Below, piece after piece: positions 12,715 to 25,240 of a DNA stretch of 64,000 bases. The stretch is from Octopus sinensis. Its lineage: Eukaryota. Each line of letters starts with the position of its first letter. Position 1 is the first letter of the stretch. The notes under the pieces were generated by a model. That model was not told the DNA's origin, did no database searches, and saw nothing but the letters and a program-made list of their open reading frames with translations. The stretch covers positions 4,836,001 through 4,900,000 of the forward strand of contig NC_043020.1 in NCBI RefSeq assembly GCF_006345805.1. The letters are read 5' to 3'. The translations under genes and the position numbers were made by a program.

Positions 12715-13082
12715 CATACTTCTATGAGGAATTTAAAGATTTGTGCAAAATCAACGAAAAATATAAGGTACTTATTTTTTGAAAAAAAAAGAACCTCGCT
12801 TCTAATTCTAAAAAAAAAAATGTTATAATCAAGAACAACTGGTTATCTCCCTTTGTCTATTTAGGGTAAAATAATTGGATTAATTGACAAAACAAATTTA
12901 GAAAGAAGTATATGGAGGAAACAGAGAAAAATGAAAAAACCATTTTCCAAGCGAAGCCCACTGTAAGTATGAATATAAACTATGTGTATGATACAGATAC
13001 ATGCGCATGCACATATACATACAGATACATACTCGTATACATATATGTACATACATACACACACACACACACATATATATAT

Positions 13083-13508
13083 AGGAGTGGCTGTGTGGTA
13101 AGTAGCTTGCTAACCAACCACATGGTTCCGGGTTCAGTCCCACTGCGTGGCATCTTGGGCAAGTGTCTTCTGCTATAGCCCCGGGCCGACCAATGCCTTG
13201 CGAGTGAATTTGGTAGACGGAAACTGAAAGAAGCCTGTCGTATATATGTATATATGTATATATATATATATATGTATGTATATATGTATATGTGTGTGTG
13301 TTTGTGCGTGTGTTTGTCCCCCTAGCATTGCTTGACAACCGATGTTGGTGTGTTTACGTCCGCGTCACTTAGCGGTTCGGCAAAAGAGACCGATAGAATA
13401 AGTACTGGGCTTACAAAGAATAAGTCCCGGGGCCGATTTGCTCGACTAAATGCGGTGCTCCAGCATGGCCACAGTCAAATAGCTGAAACAAGTAAAAAGA
13501 GTAAAAGA
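13083..13508 (+). mobile_element. SINE family A, full length
   Basis: tRNA-like head, internal (TA)n(TG)n tract, and a 3' end GCGGTGCTCCAGCATGGCCACAGTC...CTGAAACAAGTAAAAAGAGTAAAAGA. Confidence 0.92.
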
Positions 13509-13518
13509 TATAATGCAG

Positions 13519-13700
13519 CGATTGGTCAAAATAATGATGACGTCCCGTTCCACTTGATTAAAGCCACCTAACGAAACGATTGGTCAAAACATTGATGACG
13601 TCACGCTACGCTAGATTGGCCACCTAACAGGCATTATAAAACCAAGCATTTCACAAAAAATCACTAGAACCACCCAGCGAACTTCCACCATGGGTCATCA
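13519..13700 (+). promoter_or_regulatory. Promoter-like module: duplicated CCAAT/CRE unit, TATA box, Inr-like site, Kozak ATG
   Basis: ATTGG at 13521, 13579 and 13615; TGACGTC at 13538 and TGACGTCA at 13596; TATAAAA at 13635; TCACT at 13661; CCACCATGG at 13685-13693. Confidence 0.45.
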
Positions 13701-14426
13701 CAATTGCTTACGGTAAAAATGAATTCCTCGCTCTTTCGGAAACATCAATCTTCTGTATTGACCGCTTTCCACCACTTTGATCTGTTTTTTGTATTGAATA
13801 CGTATCGCCACCGTGGGCCACTGCATCGAACACTTTGAACATATACTTCAAACTATATATCAACTATACATGAACTATATATCAACTATACATCAACTCT
13901 AAGATGTCTGACTCCGTTGTGTATTATAAATGAATTTCTTGTGTTTGACGGCATGAGCTGTCTCTTTTTATATATAACTTTTTTTGATAAGGTTCATTTC
14001 AGCAACTGAAACATGTTATAATGTATATATAAAAATTAAAAATTGTATAATACAGCAGCATTTTCGAACTTCATTTTTTACAAATATATATATATATATA
14101 CATACATACGTATACATATATGCTATTTTATATAAATATGCAAGTGAACTTACCATATTTAGATTCAAGAAGAGTCTCAATTTTTATTGATGCAGGTAGA
14201 GTGTCAAATATTATTGATGTTCTGGTATAATTATACGATCAGGGATATAAAAATACATTTAATAGTAGAGAGTTGTGGTACTAAAAGAAATATGTTCAAA
14301 TAGCTAACTAATGTTAGTGTTGGTACATATAATATATGGAATGTATATATGTATATATATTGTAATTAAGTGGAGTATACAGAAAATATGAGTATAATTT
14401 TGTGGATGTGATATATATATATATAC

Positions 14427-14828
14427 ATGGAATTTTATGTAACTTTAAGTTCATATGTGAGTGAACTTGCAATATTTAGGTACACATGTGTGTATATATA
14501 TATATATATATTATATATATATATGTATATATACATGTACATATATATATGTATGTATATATATACATGTATATATATATGTATGTGTATGTACATGTAT
14601 ATATGTATATACATGCAATTTTATGTAACGATATGTACATATGTGTGTGAACTTACAATATTTAAGTACACGTGTGTGTATATATATATATATATGTATG
14701 TATGTTTGTATGTATATGTACATGTATATATGTATATACATGCAATTTTATGTAACTTTAAGTTCATATGTGGGTGAACTTACAATATTTAGGTAAACGT
14801 GTGTGTATACATATATGTATATATACAA

Positions 14829-14876
<48 letters not shown>

Positions 14877-14999
14877 TGTATGTATATGTACATGTATATA
14901 TGTATATACATGCAATTTTATGTAACTTTAAGTTCATATGTGAGTGAACCTACAATATTTAGCTACACGTGTGTGTATACATATATGTATATATACATG

Positions 15000-15030
<31 letters not shown>

Positions 15031-15235
15031 GAAAAATACAAACTGGGACAAGAACGTAAAACATTTAGAAGACGATACAAATAACACGGACGGGACATTC
15101 GAAGCCTTCAATCTTCAGTCAAGAACCGGATCATTCTAGCAATTTCGGCTGATATGTACATATATATATATATACGTGCAATTTAATGTAACTTTATATA
15201 CTTATGGGGGTGAACTTACAATATTTAGGTACATA
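14427..15235. repeat. Compound minisatellite with unique core CATGCAATTTTATGTAACTTTAAGTTCATATGTGAGTGAACTTACAATATTTAGG separated by variable TA tracts
   Basis: The core recurs at ~14427, 14612, 14740, 14910 and 15176. Confidence 0.9.
15027..15152. mobile_element. Short TA-embedded dispersed repeat (Penelope-like terminal repeat type)
   Basis: AAAATACAAACTGGGACAAGAACG...CGGACGGGACATTCGAAGCC...CTTCAGTCAAGAACCGGATC. Homologous to 46690-46810 and, inverted, to 46135-46232. Confidence 0.55.
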
Positions 15236-16024
15236 CAGAGTTTCAGTTGTTTCCGATGTTATGTTACAAGTGTAAAATCAAATAAATAAGTAGATGGTTA
15301 AAGTGGAAAATGCATATAGGGCAATTAACACTGAAAGGGTTATTTTATATAATTGCATGAAATTAATATAAATTGGTTTGAATAAAATTTTTGAAATTGT
15401 TATTTAAAAATTTATAGATTAAAAGTTAAATATTAACGATTGCAAATTAAATATTAACGACTAAAAATTAAATATTAAAGATTTAAATAATATTATGCGT
15501 ATAAGAATATAGGTTATAATCATTTCTCTAATAAGAAATGGTATTAAGAGGCTTATACTAAATGATAAATGATATTTAGGGAGTATAAAGGTAATACTCA
15601 TCATGCCTTCCTCCTGTTCCCGCTTCTATGTCCCTCCTTTGTCTCTCTCGACACCTACCTCTTTTCCCCTCTCTTTCATACCTTTCTCCTTTTCTCATCT
15701 ATCTTCCCTGTATGTATAATCAGTTGTTAGGTCTGTATAGAATATATTAGGATATTTATATGAGAGGTATTATATATTATTATAATTTTGCGGCAAAAAA
15801 ATGCGGTGAATTAATGATATTTTAATTATATATATTTCTGTACATGTAAGCATTGGGAAATTTTCTCGGATCTATCATTTAAAATTTCATGCCTAGAGAA
15901 TAAAATGTATGGCTCATCCGTGCAAAGTGAACAGGTTTTGGTCTGTACACATGAGCGTTGCTTAAAAATTTCCATTTAATTTTATAACTTATATTGCTAT
16001 ATTTTAGTTTCCAGGTATTTTAAC

Positions 16025-17222
16025 TCAACAACTCAAATGTGGACATAATATACCTTTTGATAAAGAGAACCATGTTATGATATGGCACAAACTACGTGAT
16101 ATTGGCATAGCTGGAAAACTTGGAGTGTAGTTACATGACTTTCTGAAAAATAGGAGTCAGGCAGTAGTGGCCAATGGAGCTACCTCAAAGAAAACACAAA
16201 TAGTGAGTGGTGTTCCACAGGGTAATGTCTTGAAACCACCACTCTTTATAGTGGCCCTCTCATATATGCCCTCAGCTACCCGGATATCCACCCTTACTAA
16301 CTACGCAGACGATACGAATGTCCATCAGGACCTCCGCTATGTTGTACATCTGCAGCAGGAGTTGCACTCAATTTACATATGGACTAAGGGCAATAATATG
16401 CAGTTTAATGCCGGAAAATACCAAGCCCTGCGCTACCATCACCCAAAACTGATGATAAAACTCACAGGGTATACTGGCCCACAGGGACTACAATCTCAGA
16501 TCCTAAATCATTGCGAAACCTGGGTATCGACATGAGTGATGATGCATATTTCCAAGTGCACATTACCAGGATGGCGACAAAGTGCAGACTGGCTGGCTGG
16601 ATTCTGATAACGTTCAGAACCAGAGAGAAGGTTACCATGATGGTCTTCTGGAGAACATTCATCCTCAGTCGCCTGGACTACTGCTACTACTACTGCAATC
16701 CAGCGAAGCTTCTCAAAGAAACTCATCTCATGCAACAGCTCAGCTACTGGGATACGCTGAAACAACTAGGACTCTACTCCCTGGAGCGAAGGCGGGAGAG
16801 ATATGCAGTAATATACATCTGGACGGTACTGGAAAGAATTGTGCAAAATTTTGGTATCGAAAGCTATACAAATGCCAGAACGGGAAAACACTGCATAGTG
16901 CCATAGATCCCAGCAACGCCATCGCGCTTCAGGACAAGTTACAACAACAGCCTGGGTTTCAGGGGCCCACAGCATTTTAATATTCCCCCAAAGAGCCTGT
17001 GGAACCTACACAAAGTGGATGTAGGCGTTTTGAAATCAAAGCTGGATCTCTTACTGTCGAAAGTCCCAGATGAACCTACCTTACAACAGAAAGTGCAAAT
17101 GACAGTAGCGACATCAGGCTTCCGTATTCCTCAAATGCCACATCTTAGAGGAGGCTCTCAATAATAACAGTGTAGCAAAACGGCGGTGCCCCGGCATGAC
17201 CACAGTTTCGAGCTGAAACTAA
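16025..17222 (+). mobile_element. CR1/L2-group LINE, reverse transcriptase pseudogene fragment to the 3' end
   Basis: RT motifs SGVPQGNVL and NYADDT, then LGIDMS, SRLDYC and YSLERRRERYAVIYIW in broken frames. 3' end GGTGCCCCGGCATGACCACAG...CTGAAAC. Confidence 0.93.
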
Positions 17223-17301
17223 CAAAAAAAAAATATGTATATACACACACACGCCTATACATCCCCCACATAAACACAAACACACACACACACACACACA
17301 T

Positions 17302-17333
<32 letters not shown>

Positions 17334-17355
17334 GTATATATATATACACGTTGAA

Positions 17356-17571
17356 GCATATTTTATTGTGTCTGAGGAGACTCATTCTGTTTTAATGACG
17401 TATTAATTAACACACTCACCGGTTCGATTTCCACTGATTTACTTATTTATTTTTTGTAAAACTTTCGTTGCTTCTTGCAACCTCTTTGAAGAGGTTGCAA
17501 GAAGCAACGAATCTGTTAATTAACAAGGCATTAAGACAGAATCTGTCTCGCTCAGAAACAATAAAAGATGC
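17356..17571. repeat. Fold-back element: ~55-bp imperfect outer inverted repeats and a central perfect 23-bp hairpin
   Basis: 17356-17412 is an inverted match to 17514-17571. TTCGTTGCTTCTTGCAACCTCTT-TG-AAGAGGTTGCAAGAAGCAACGAA lies at 17464-17511. Confidence 0.85.
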
Positions 17572-17649
17572 TTTAACACTCGAGTTCACATAAGGAATCT
17601 TGCAAACCCAATACAAGGATGAAATACACACACACAGACACACATATAC

Positions 17650-17717
<68 letters not shown>

Positions 17718-17750
17718 AATAAATATATATATATATACATATACATACAC

Positions 17751-17805
<55 letters not shown>

Positions 17806-18010
17806 AGGCAAGCTATATAAGTGCTGAATTATTATTTCTACAGCATGAAACTATTAATAGCTCATATTAGAATATTATGTATATTAAAATTTCATTTCTC
17901 TCTCCCCCTCTTTGTCTCTCTGCCTCTGTCTCTGTCTCTCTGTCTCTTTGTCTCTCTCTCTCTCTCTTTCTCTCTGGATGGTGTATTTTTGTTGATCCTA
18001 GCTATAACAA

Positions 18011-18045
<35 letters not shown>

Positions 18046-18071
18046 GATGAATATACACGTAGACAGTTATA

Positions 18072-18105
<34 letters not shown>

Positions 18106-18608
18106 CATACATACATACACCACTCACAAAGACGCATAATGTATGTTAACATGCCTCTTGCATGTGGACTGCAAGCAAACATCGTGACAGTAATATCAGG
18201 CTGTTTACCCATCGGCATGTTAAAGTTAAACATTAAACATAGAGCAATTCAAACATGTCCGTCCCTGCCAAAAAAACCCTAAACTTTGAAATGCTTTAAA
18301 CATTGACGTTTCGTGCGAAAATGAAATTTACTCATACATCGATCATTCGCTACTGCTCTTGCTGATAATCTGGGATAAGAGATTTTGAAATACGGTTTCC
18401 CAGCCTCTGTGGTTTTGTTTGAATTTCCTGAATTCAAATAAAATATTTTATAATTTATTCTATGTCTTAATACTTTTATGTCATAAATATTTACTTTAAA
18501 CACTGTGCCATGTATCAGAAAATATACGTAGATCATAGTTTGTAGATTATATTTTGTGTGTGTGTATGTATGTATGCTTGTATGTACACACACACACACA
18601 TATACATA

Positions 18609-19460
18609 CAGGCTGCGGTGAATAAACTGTCGTCTAAATTGCGCAAAAATTGCAATAACAGTGACATTTCATTTTAACAGATATATTTACCAAAATTACA
18701 TAAAAATATCTTGAAATACTAAAGAGTAAATTTATTCAATAAAATCGCCATTGGCTTCAACCACGACCTTCAGACGATTTCGGAACCTCCTGCAATTCTG
18801 GACGGTTTCCTTGTTAAAGTTGGTGAATGCTACCATAATACTTGCCTTCAGTTAATCTTTGGAGTTACAAAGAGTTTTGTTCGTCTCTTGCTCATCAGCA
18901 CCCTGCACCTAATATTCAAGGGAGTCGCAGTCAAGGGACTTAGCTGGCCAGATTTAAGGGGTGATGTGGTCGCTGAAATTGTCTGACAGTCATGACTGAG
19001 TTCTCTTGCTTGTGTGGTATGGTACAGAGTCCTGCTGCCAGACATAAGGTCTTGCAACAGCCACCCATTTAACCCAGGGAACCACATCCTCCAAGGCACG
19101 TGATGAAGGTCTCGATGTTGAGTGTGAGGCCGCGTGGGACGATAAATGGTGGCATAACGTCGCCATCACTAGTGGTCACTTCAATCAACCTGATATTGCA
19201 TGGATGTTTGATGTTTATCACTTCCGGTGGGATTTATCAGTCTCGGTGCGATTTTTATCACATCCAGCACGAATGCCAAGCAGTACAGCATGTCGTCTCT
19301 ATATTTCTGGCAGAGTGAATTGCGTCATGGTGCTGTTTTTCTCACAGACGGTGCCCAACTGACCTTACTATACTGTGTAGTCGACAAAATCAAAAACAAA
19401 CAATATGCATGAGCGAAATTTAGAATATAACAATGTGACTATTTACCCATCGCACCGCCA
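18609..19460 (-). mobile_element. maT/DD37D-type Tc1/mariner transposon relic
   Basis: Minus-strand peptide DGDVMPPFIV...RPYVWQQDSVPYHTS...DHITP*IWPAKSLDCDSLEY, with 37 residues between the QQD aspartate and the third acidic position. Terminal TA-CAGGCTGCGGTGAATAAACTGTC with a degenerate partner near 19435-19458. Confidence 0.85.
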
Positions 19461-19605
19461 ACTCATGAAGGGTCCCTTCTCTGTCTGAACTTGTCCTGTT
19501 TCCTATTTTCTCGCCGTTTACGTATTTCACTCGTTTTCCCTACGTTTGTTTACGTATTTCATGTTATTTGCACTGTTGGTGACGTCCTGTATCCATATAT
19601 GCATG

Positions 19606-19651
<46 letters not shown>

Positions 19652-19682
19652 TATATATATATATACAGAGAGAGAGAGAGAG

Positions 19683-19845
19683 AGGTGCTGGTGTAGATAT
19701 GTGGTAAGGAGCTTGCTTCCCGACCATATGGTTCAGGGTTCAGTCTCACTGGAACCTTGGGTAAGTGTTTTCTACTATAGCTTAAGGGCAGCCAAGCCCT
19801 TGTCAGTGGCTTTGGTAGAGGAAAACTGAAAAAAGCCCGTCTCAA
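19683..19845 (+). mobile_element. SINE family A head
   Basis: GGTGTAGATATGTGGTAAGGAGCTTGCTTCCC...GGGTTCAGTCTCACTG...GGAAAACTGAAAAAAGCCCGTC. Confidence 0.8.
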
Positions 19846-20364
19846 ACACACACACACACACACACACACACATTAATGTATGTTTCTTTTCTGTTTAATA
19901 TTTAGAAGAAAACAGCTTGCATTAATTTCATTAAACCGAGGCTTCACTCTATACATTTACAGAGCTCAAATTTATTTTTCTTAATAAAAATTATTGTTGA
20001 CAGTCTAACGCTCTCTTATAGCGAACCATTCGGTTGCAGGAACGTAAAGAAACAAACACCGGTTGTCAAGCGGTAGGGAGCGTGACAAACGCAGATACAA
20101 AGACAAATACACACATGAAAGGTATTGATCAGCTCAAGGTCAACTTTACCGCTAACCCCTCCGGCATCGATAATATAGAGTACCAGTTATGTACTGAGGT
20201 CGATGACACCCTTCAAATTTACGGACCGTTTATCGTATTTAGTAACAATTACATGCATGCACTTTTCTCTCTGTCTCTCTATTTCTCTATCTCTCTCTCT
20301 CTCTCTATCACCACTTCATTTATCCAGTACTCAATCTGTTCTGAAGCACATACGTAAACACATA

Positions 20365-20584
20365 CTCCTTTACTCTTTTACTCTTTTACTCGTTTCAGTC
20401 ATTTGACTGCGGCCATGCTGGAGCACCGCCTTTAATCGAGCAACTCGACCCCGGGACTTATTCTTTTGTAAGCCCAGTACTTATTCTATCGGTCTCTTTT
20501 GCCGAACCGCTAAGTAACGGGGACATAAACACACCAGCATCGGTTGTCAAGCAATGCTGGGGGAACAAACACAGACACACAAGC

Positions 20585-20615
<31 letters not shown>

Positions 20616-20781
20616 CATATATACGACGGGCTTCTTTCAGTTTCCGTCTACCAAATCCACTGACAAGGCTTTGGTCGGCCCGAGGCTATAGTAGAAGACA
20701 CTTGCCCAAGGTTCCACGCAGTGGGACTGAACCCGGAACCATGTGGTTGGTAAACAAGATACTTACCGCACAGCCACTCCT
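20365..20781 (-). mobile_element. SINE family A, full length
   Basis: (CTCTTTTA)n tail, body and tRNA-like head all present on the minus strand. Confidence 0.92.
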
Positions 20782-21114
20782 GTATTTTCTTATAGGTTGT
20801 CCCTTAATCAAACCGATCTCTCAGTGTTCGTCTAAAACCATGTATCTTTATGGATGCGATCTTTTTTCCCCCTTCACGGTTTTATGTTTGATTCTTAACA
20901 GTGTAATGCATGCATAGAAACACGGAGCACAGAGGCGAAATTATTGCATGAATAAACGAAGAAATAGATAAATAAGAAAAAATGAAGTAAAGCAAAAGTT
21001 GGATGAGGAGGAATATGTAAAGGAGAAGAGATTAACACTGGATATAGGTATGGATTATAGAAACCTGTGTGATGAATATTTAGCAGCAGGAACTTCACCA
21101 TTCTGCTAATAACA

Positions 21115-21157
21115 ATAAATAATAATAGTAATAGTAATAGTAGCAGTAGTAGTAGTA

Positions 21158-21193
<36 letters not shown>

Positions 21194-21304
21194 GTAATAA
21201 TAATAATAATAGTAATAATAGTAATAATAACAATGATAATAATAATAATAACAATAGTAATAACAATAATAATAATGATAATAATGATAATAATAATAAT
21301 AATG

Positions 21305-21338
<34 letters not shown>

Positions 21339-21411
21339 TAAAAATAATAATAAAAATAATAATGATAGAAATAATAATAATAATAAAAATAATAATATAA
21401 TAATAATAATA

Positions 21412-21453
<42 letters not shown>

Positions 21454-21683
21454 TGATGATGATGATGATAATGATAACAAGAGCAAAAACAACACCAATT
21501 TCTACAGTAACAGCGGCAGTACCAACAATAGCGACAACAGCAGCGATAATAATAATAATGATGGTCACTCCCATGGATTTATGATGGATGTGTAAATGTA
21601 TGAAGGAAAGGATTTATACCAAAAAAGGGGATTATAAATAAAAGATGCGGCATCTAAATATTTACCTCCTCCTCCTCCTCCTC

Positions 21684-21719
<36 letters not shown>

Positions 21720-21737
21720 TTACCACCACTACTACTT

Positions 21738-21768
<31 letters not shown>

Positions 21769-21850
21769 GACTACTACGACTACTACTACTGCAAATATTA
21801 TTATTATTATTATTATTATTAATAATAATAATAACAACAACAACAATACT
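21115..21850. repeat. (AAT)n, (ACT)n, (ATT)n trinucleotide arrays
   Basis: Direct reading. Confidence 0.9.
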
Positions 21851-21857
21851 AATAATC

Positions 21858-22072
21858 CTTTCTACTATAGGCACAAGGCCTGAAATTTTGAAGGAGGGAG
21901 CTAGTTGATTACATCAAGGCCAGTGCCTTAACTGGTACTTATTTCACCCACCCAGAAAGGACGAAAGGCAAAGTCGACTTCGGCGGAATTTGTACACAGA
22001 ACGTAAAGATGGACGAAATGCCGCTAAGCATTTTTCCCAGCGTGCTAAAGGCTCTGCCAATTCGCCGTCTTT
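21858..22072 (-). mobile_element. SINE family B (alternative tail)
   Basis: GAAAGGCAAAGTCGACTTCGGCGGAATTTG core on the minus strand; tail GGCACAAGGCCTGAAATTT. Confidence 0.85.
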
Positions 22073-22088
22073 AATAATAATAATAATG

Positions 22089-22125
<37 letters not shown>

Positions 22126-22144
22126 TAATAATAATAATATAATA

Positions 22145-24425
22145 CAGATGAATACAGATCTGTTAGCCATAAGAAGCTACGTTATGAGCGATGTTTTCAC
22201 TCAGAGAACCCGGAGGCGGTGTTGTCACCCAAAATTAATCAATGATAACGAAGCAAATTACAAACCGAGAATCCGTTACCCGGGTAACTAAGGACCGCGT
22301 ACCCGTGTGATGAGCCAGACTGGTTGGGAAAAATCAGCTACTGGATAAAATCTTTCCGAAACATAGGAGCTGGATGTACCCCACAACCGGAATATTCTAA
22401 CAGGTGGTCATCCATGCTGGTCATCAAATAACCAAAAGAAAAAGAAAGAAAAATGGTCTAGGGGAGATAACAAAGAAGTTCTTAAGGCCTTCTATAATGC
22501 TATGTATTTCCCCATGAGCTGGCAGAATGGTTAGCACGCCGGGCGAAATGCGTAGCCGTATTTCGTCTGCCGTTACGTTCTGAGTTCAAATTCCGCTGAG
22601 GTCGACTTTGCCATTCATCTTTTCGGGGTCGATAAATTAAGTACCAGTTACACACTGAGGTGGTTTAAACGACTTAATCCGTTCGTCTGTCCTTGTTTGT
22701 CCCCTCTGTGTTTAGCCCCTTGAGGGTAGTAAAGAAATAGGATTTCCCCACGAACTAATCTAATACTGTTCAAACCTACTTAACCTGAAGACAGAAACAC
22801 TATGAAGTAAGAGCTAACATATACAGTAACATACCTGCCAACATCAGAAGAAATATTATGAAAAAGAAGTTACTAGCTGAATTAGAGATTGACCAAATTA
22901 AACAGCGAGTAAGGGATAAAAGGAACGAAGTTGCAGCTACAGAAGACACCACAGAGGAAATAATTATAGACCAACCCAGATCTGATGAAAATGCAGTAAT
23001 GATTGAAAGAGTTAAAGTAACTGAGAAGCAAAGTGAAAACTCTCTGAACCAACCATAAACACTAAAGCAGATGAAAATCCAATACATGAAGGAAGTCACA
23101 TAGAAATTGACCCAACTGAACTACATGATCTAAAAAATCAAATCACGATTGAATGGCTGAAAAAAATAGAGACCAGCATGAATGAAAGGGACACTCGACC
23201 AAAAATTCGCAATTCTAACCAAAACCTGAAAATAATTGGTAAAATCCACCTTGCAATTAAGGATATAATTTCAGCTAATGATGTTGATATTATAGATCCC
23301 TTCCACCTGTACTCTACATCCGCGAAAATATTAACGGTTCAATGTAGTGAAGAGATTAGAAAACGACAACATTCTCACAAAAAAGCCTACGAGGTAAGAG
23401 CGTATTCAAAACCTAATTCAGCTGCTTAGGTTTGACAGAGAAAGTTTTAAAAAACCTGAAGTTTGACAAGACTATCAAACCAACAAAAGTCTGAAATTTA
23501 AGAAAAATATATAAGACGAAAACCATACTTGACATCGATACCACCATAGAAACCATCAAGCCCTGACCCATCAATGGTTAGTGTCTTCTGGCTTAAAATC
23601 AGAAACAGAAAGGGTTTTTCATAGTAGCCCAAAATCAATGCCTACCTACAAGGAACTACCAAGCCAACATATTAAAGAATTACAGTAGCGCAACATGTCG
23701 TGTATGTAAACAACAAAATGAAACTATTGGTAATGCTGTCTCCATGTGTAGTCAACAGGGATGTTAGAGCTGCACTATATATTCATTGGGTAATTTGCAA
23801 AAAACTTGGAACTGCCCCATGATAAAAACTGGTGGGAACATAAACCAGCCCCAGTGCTTGAAAATGATCACATCTCACTCCTCTGGAACTTCAATATTCA
23901 AACTGACAGAAAGATAGATGCGAATAGGCCAGGCATTATACTGAAAGACTTCAGACAAAGAACATGCCTCCTCATTGATATGACTGTCCCAATCGGAATA
24001 AATGTATCTGTCAAGATCTACCAAAAGCTGAGCAAGTCTTGAAATAGAAATTAGCAAAATGTGGAACCTCAAGACTAAAACAATACCTGTTGTCATAGGC
24101 GCCCTAGATGTGATAGCAAAAGAGGTTGATTCCTACCTAGGGCAGATACAAGGACACTCCAAAACGGCAGAAATTCAAAAGATCGTGATCATGGAAACTC
24201 TCCATGTCCTACGTCAAATATTGTCGATGTAATCTCAATATTTAAAACGAACACATACTTGTCTTGTTTTCTTAAACATTCTGTAGAACAATACTATGAC
24301 CAAAACCAAATATATGACACCCTAAGTATATCGCCAACATGAACTTCTAACGTGTTGTCTTTTGAGGTCCCCGGGTGAGACTTGGAGTCAACTTGTACAA
24401 ATACAAAGTAAAAGTCAAACATATA
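22145..24425 (+). mobile_element. R4/Dong-clade non-LTR retrotransposon, internally deleted (RT domain missing)
   Basis: N-terminal KWSR-DNKEVLKAFY...ANIRRNIMKKKLLAELEIDQIK. C-terminal LPTRNYQANIL, CRVC zinc knuckle, KNWWEHKP, and RLE motif RPGIILKD...LLIDMTVP...IPVVIGAL; stop at 24232. Flanked by AAT-rich arrays. Confidence 0.88.
22515..22741 (+). mobile_element. SINE family B nested in the R4/Dong element, 9-bp TSD
   Basis: ATTTCCCCA at 22506-22514 and 22742-22750. Confidence 0.92.
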
Positions 24426-24475
24426 ATAACAAGAAGAAGAAGAAGAACAACAACAACAACAACAACAACAACAAT

Positions 24476-24567
<92 letters not shown>

Positions 24568-24741
24568 TAATAGTAATAATAATAAAAATAGTAATAATAA
24601 GAAGGTGAGGATAGTGATTTCTTTTTATTTGCTACTATTTTTTCTATTTGCTAATAATAATAATAATAATAATAAATAATAATAATAATAATAATAAGAA
24701 GAAGAAGAAGAAGAACAACAACAACAACAACAATATTAATA

Positions 24742-24782
<41 letters not shown>

Positions 24783-24795
24783 AATAATGATAATA

Positions 24796-24832
<37 letters not shown>

Positions 24833-24924
24833 TAATAATAATAATAATGATAATAATAATAATAAAATAATAATGATAATAATAAATAATAATGATAATA
24901 ATAAATAATAATAATAATAATAAT

Positions 24925-24984
<60 letters not shown>

Positions 24985-25045
24985 TAATAATATAATAATA
25001 ATAATTAATAATATAATAATAATAATAAATAATAATAATAAGAAG

Positions 25046-25076
<31 letters not shown>

Positions 25077-25176
25077 GAAGGTGAGGATAGTGATTTCTTT
25101 CTATTTGCTACTAGGGCGGAGAATGAGGGTGACAGCACAGAGACGAGCATAAAGTGTGGGGGTTTACATATAATGA

Positions 25177-25211
<35 letters not shown>

Positions 25212-25240
25212 TAATAATAATAATAATAATAATAATAATA
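24426..25240. repeat. Compound (AAG)(AAC)(AAT) array, itself tandemly duplicated
   Basis: The unique anchor GAAGGTGAGGATAGTGATTTCTTT occurs at ~24601 and ~25077. Confidence 0.9.

Noticed and set aside
13083-13150. tRNA-like sequences with A/B boxes (also at 850-950, 8090-8156, 51300-51394)
   Set aside because: These are SINE heads continuing into SINE bodies, not complete cloverleaf tRNA genes.
15085-15135. CUGAAGA plus a short stem on the minus strand of the TA-embedded element (also 46745-46785)
   Set aside because: Followed by GAAU rather than GAAA, and no stem I complement could be found, so it was not called a hammerhead.
14427-15235. Repeat-spacer pattern superficially like a CRISPR array
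   Set aside because: The spacers are microsatellites of variable length, the context is eukaryotic, and there are no cas genes.
20972-21109. 45-codon protein-like frame KQKLDEEEYVKEKRLTLDIGMDYRNLCDEYLAAGTSPFC*
   Set aside because: No start codon context or acceptor, and no recognised family. Purine-rich DNA is often open by chance.
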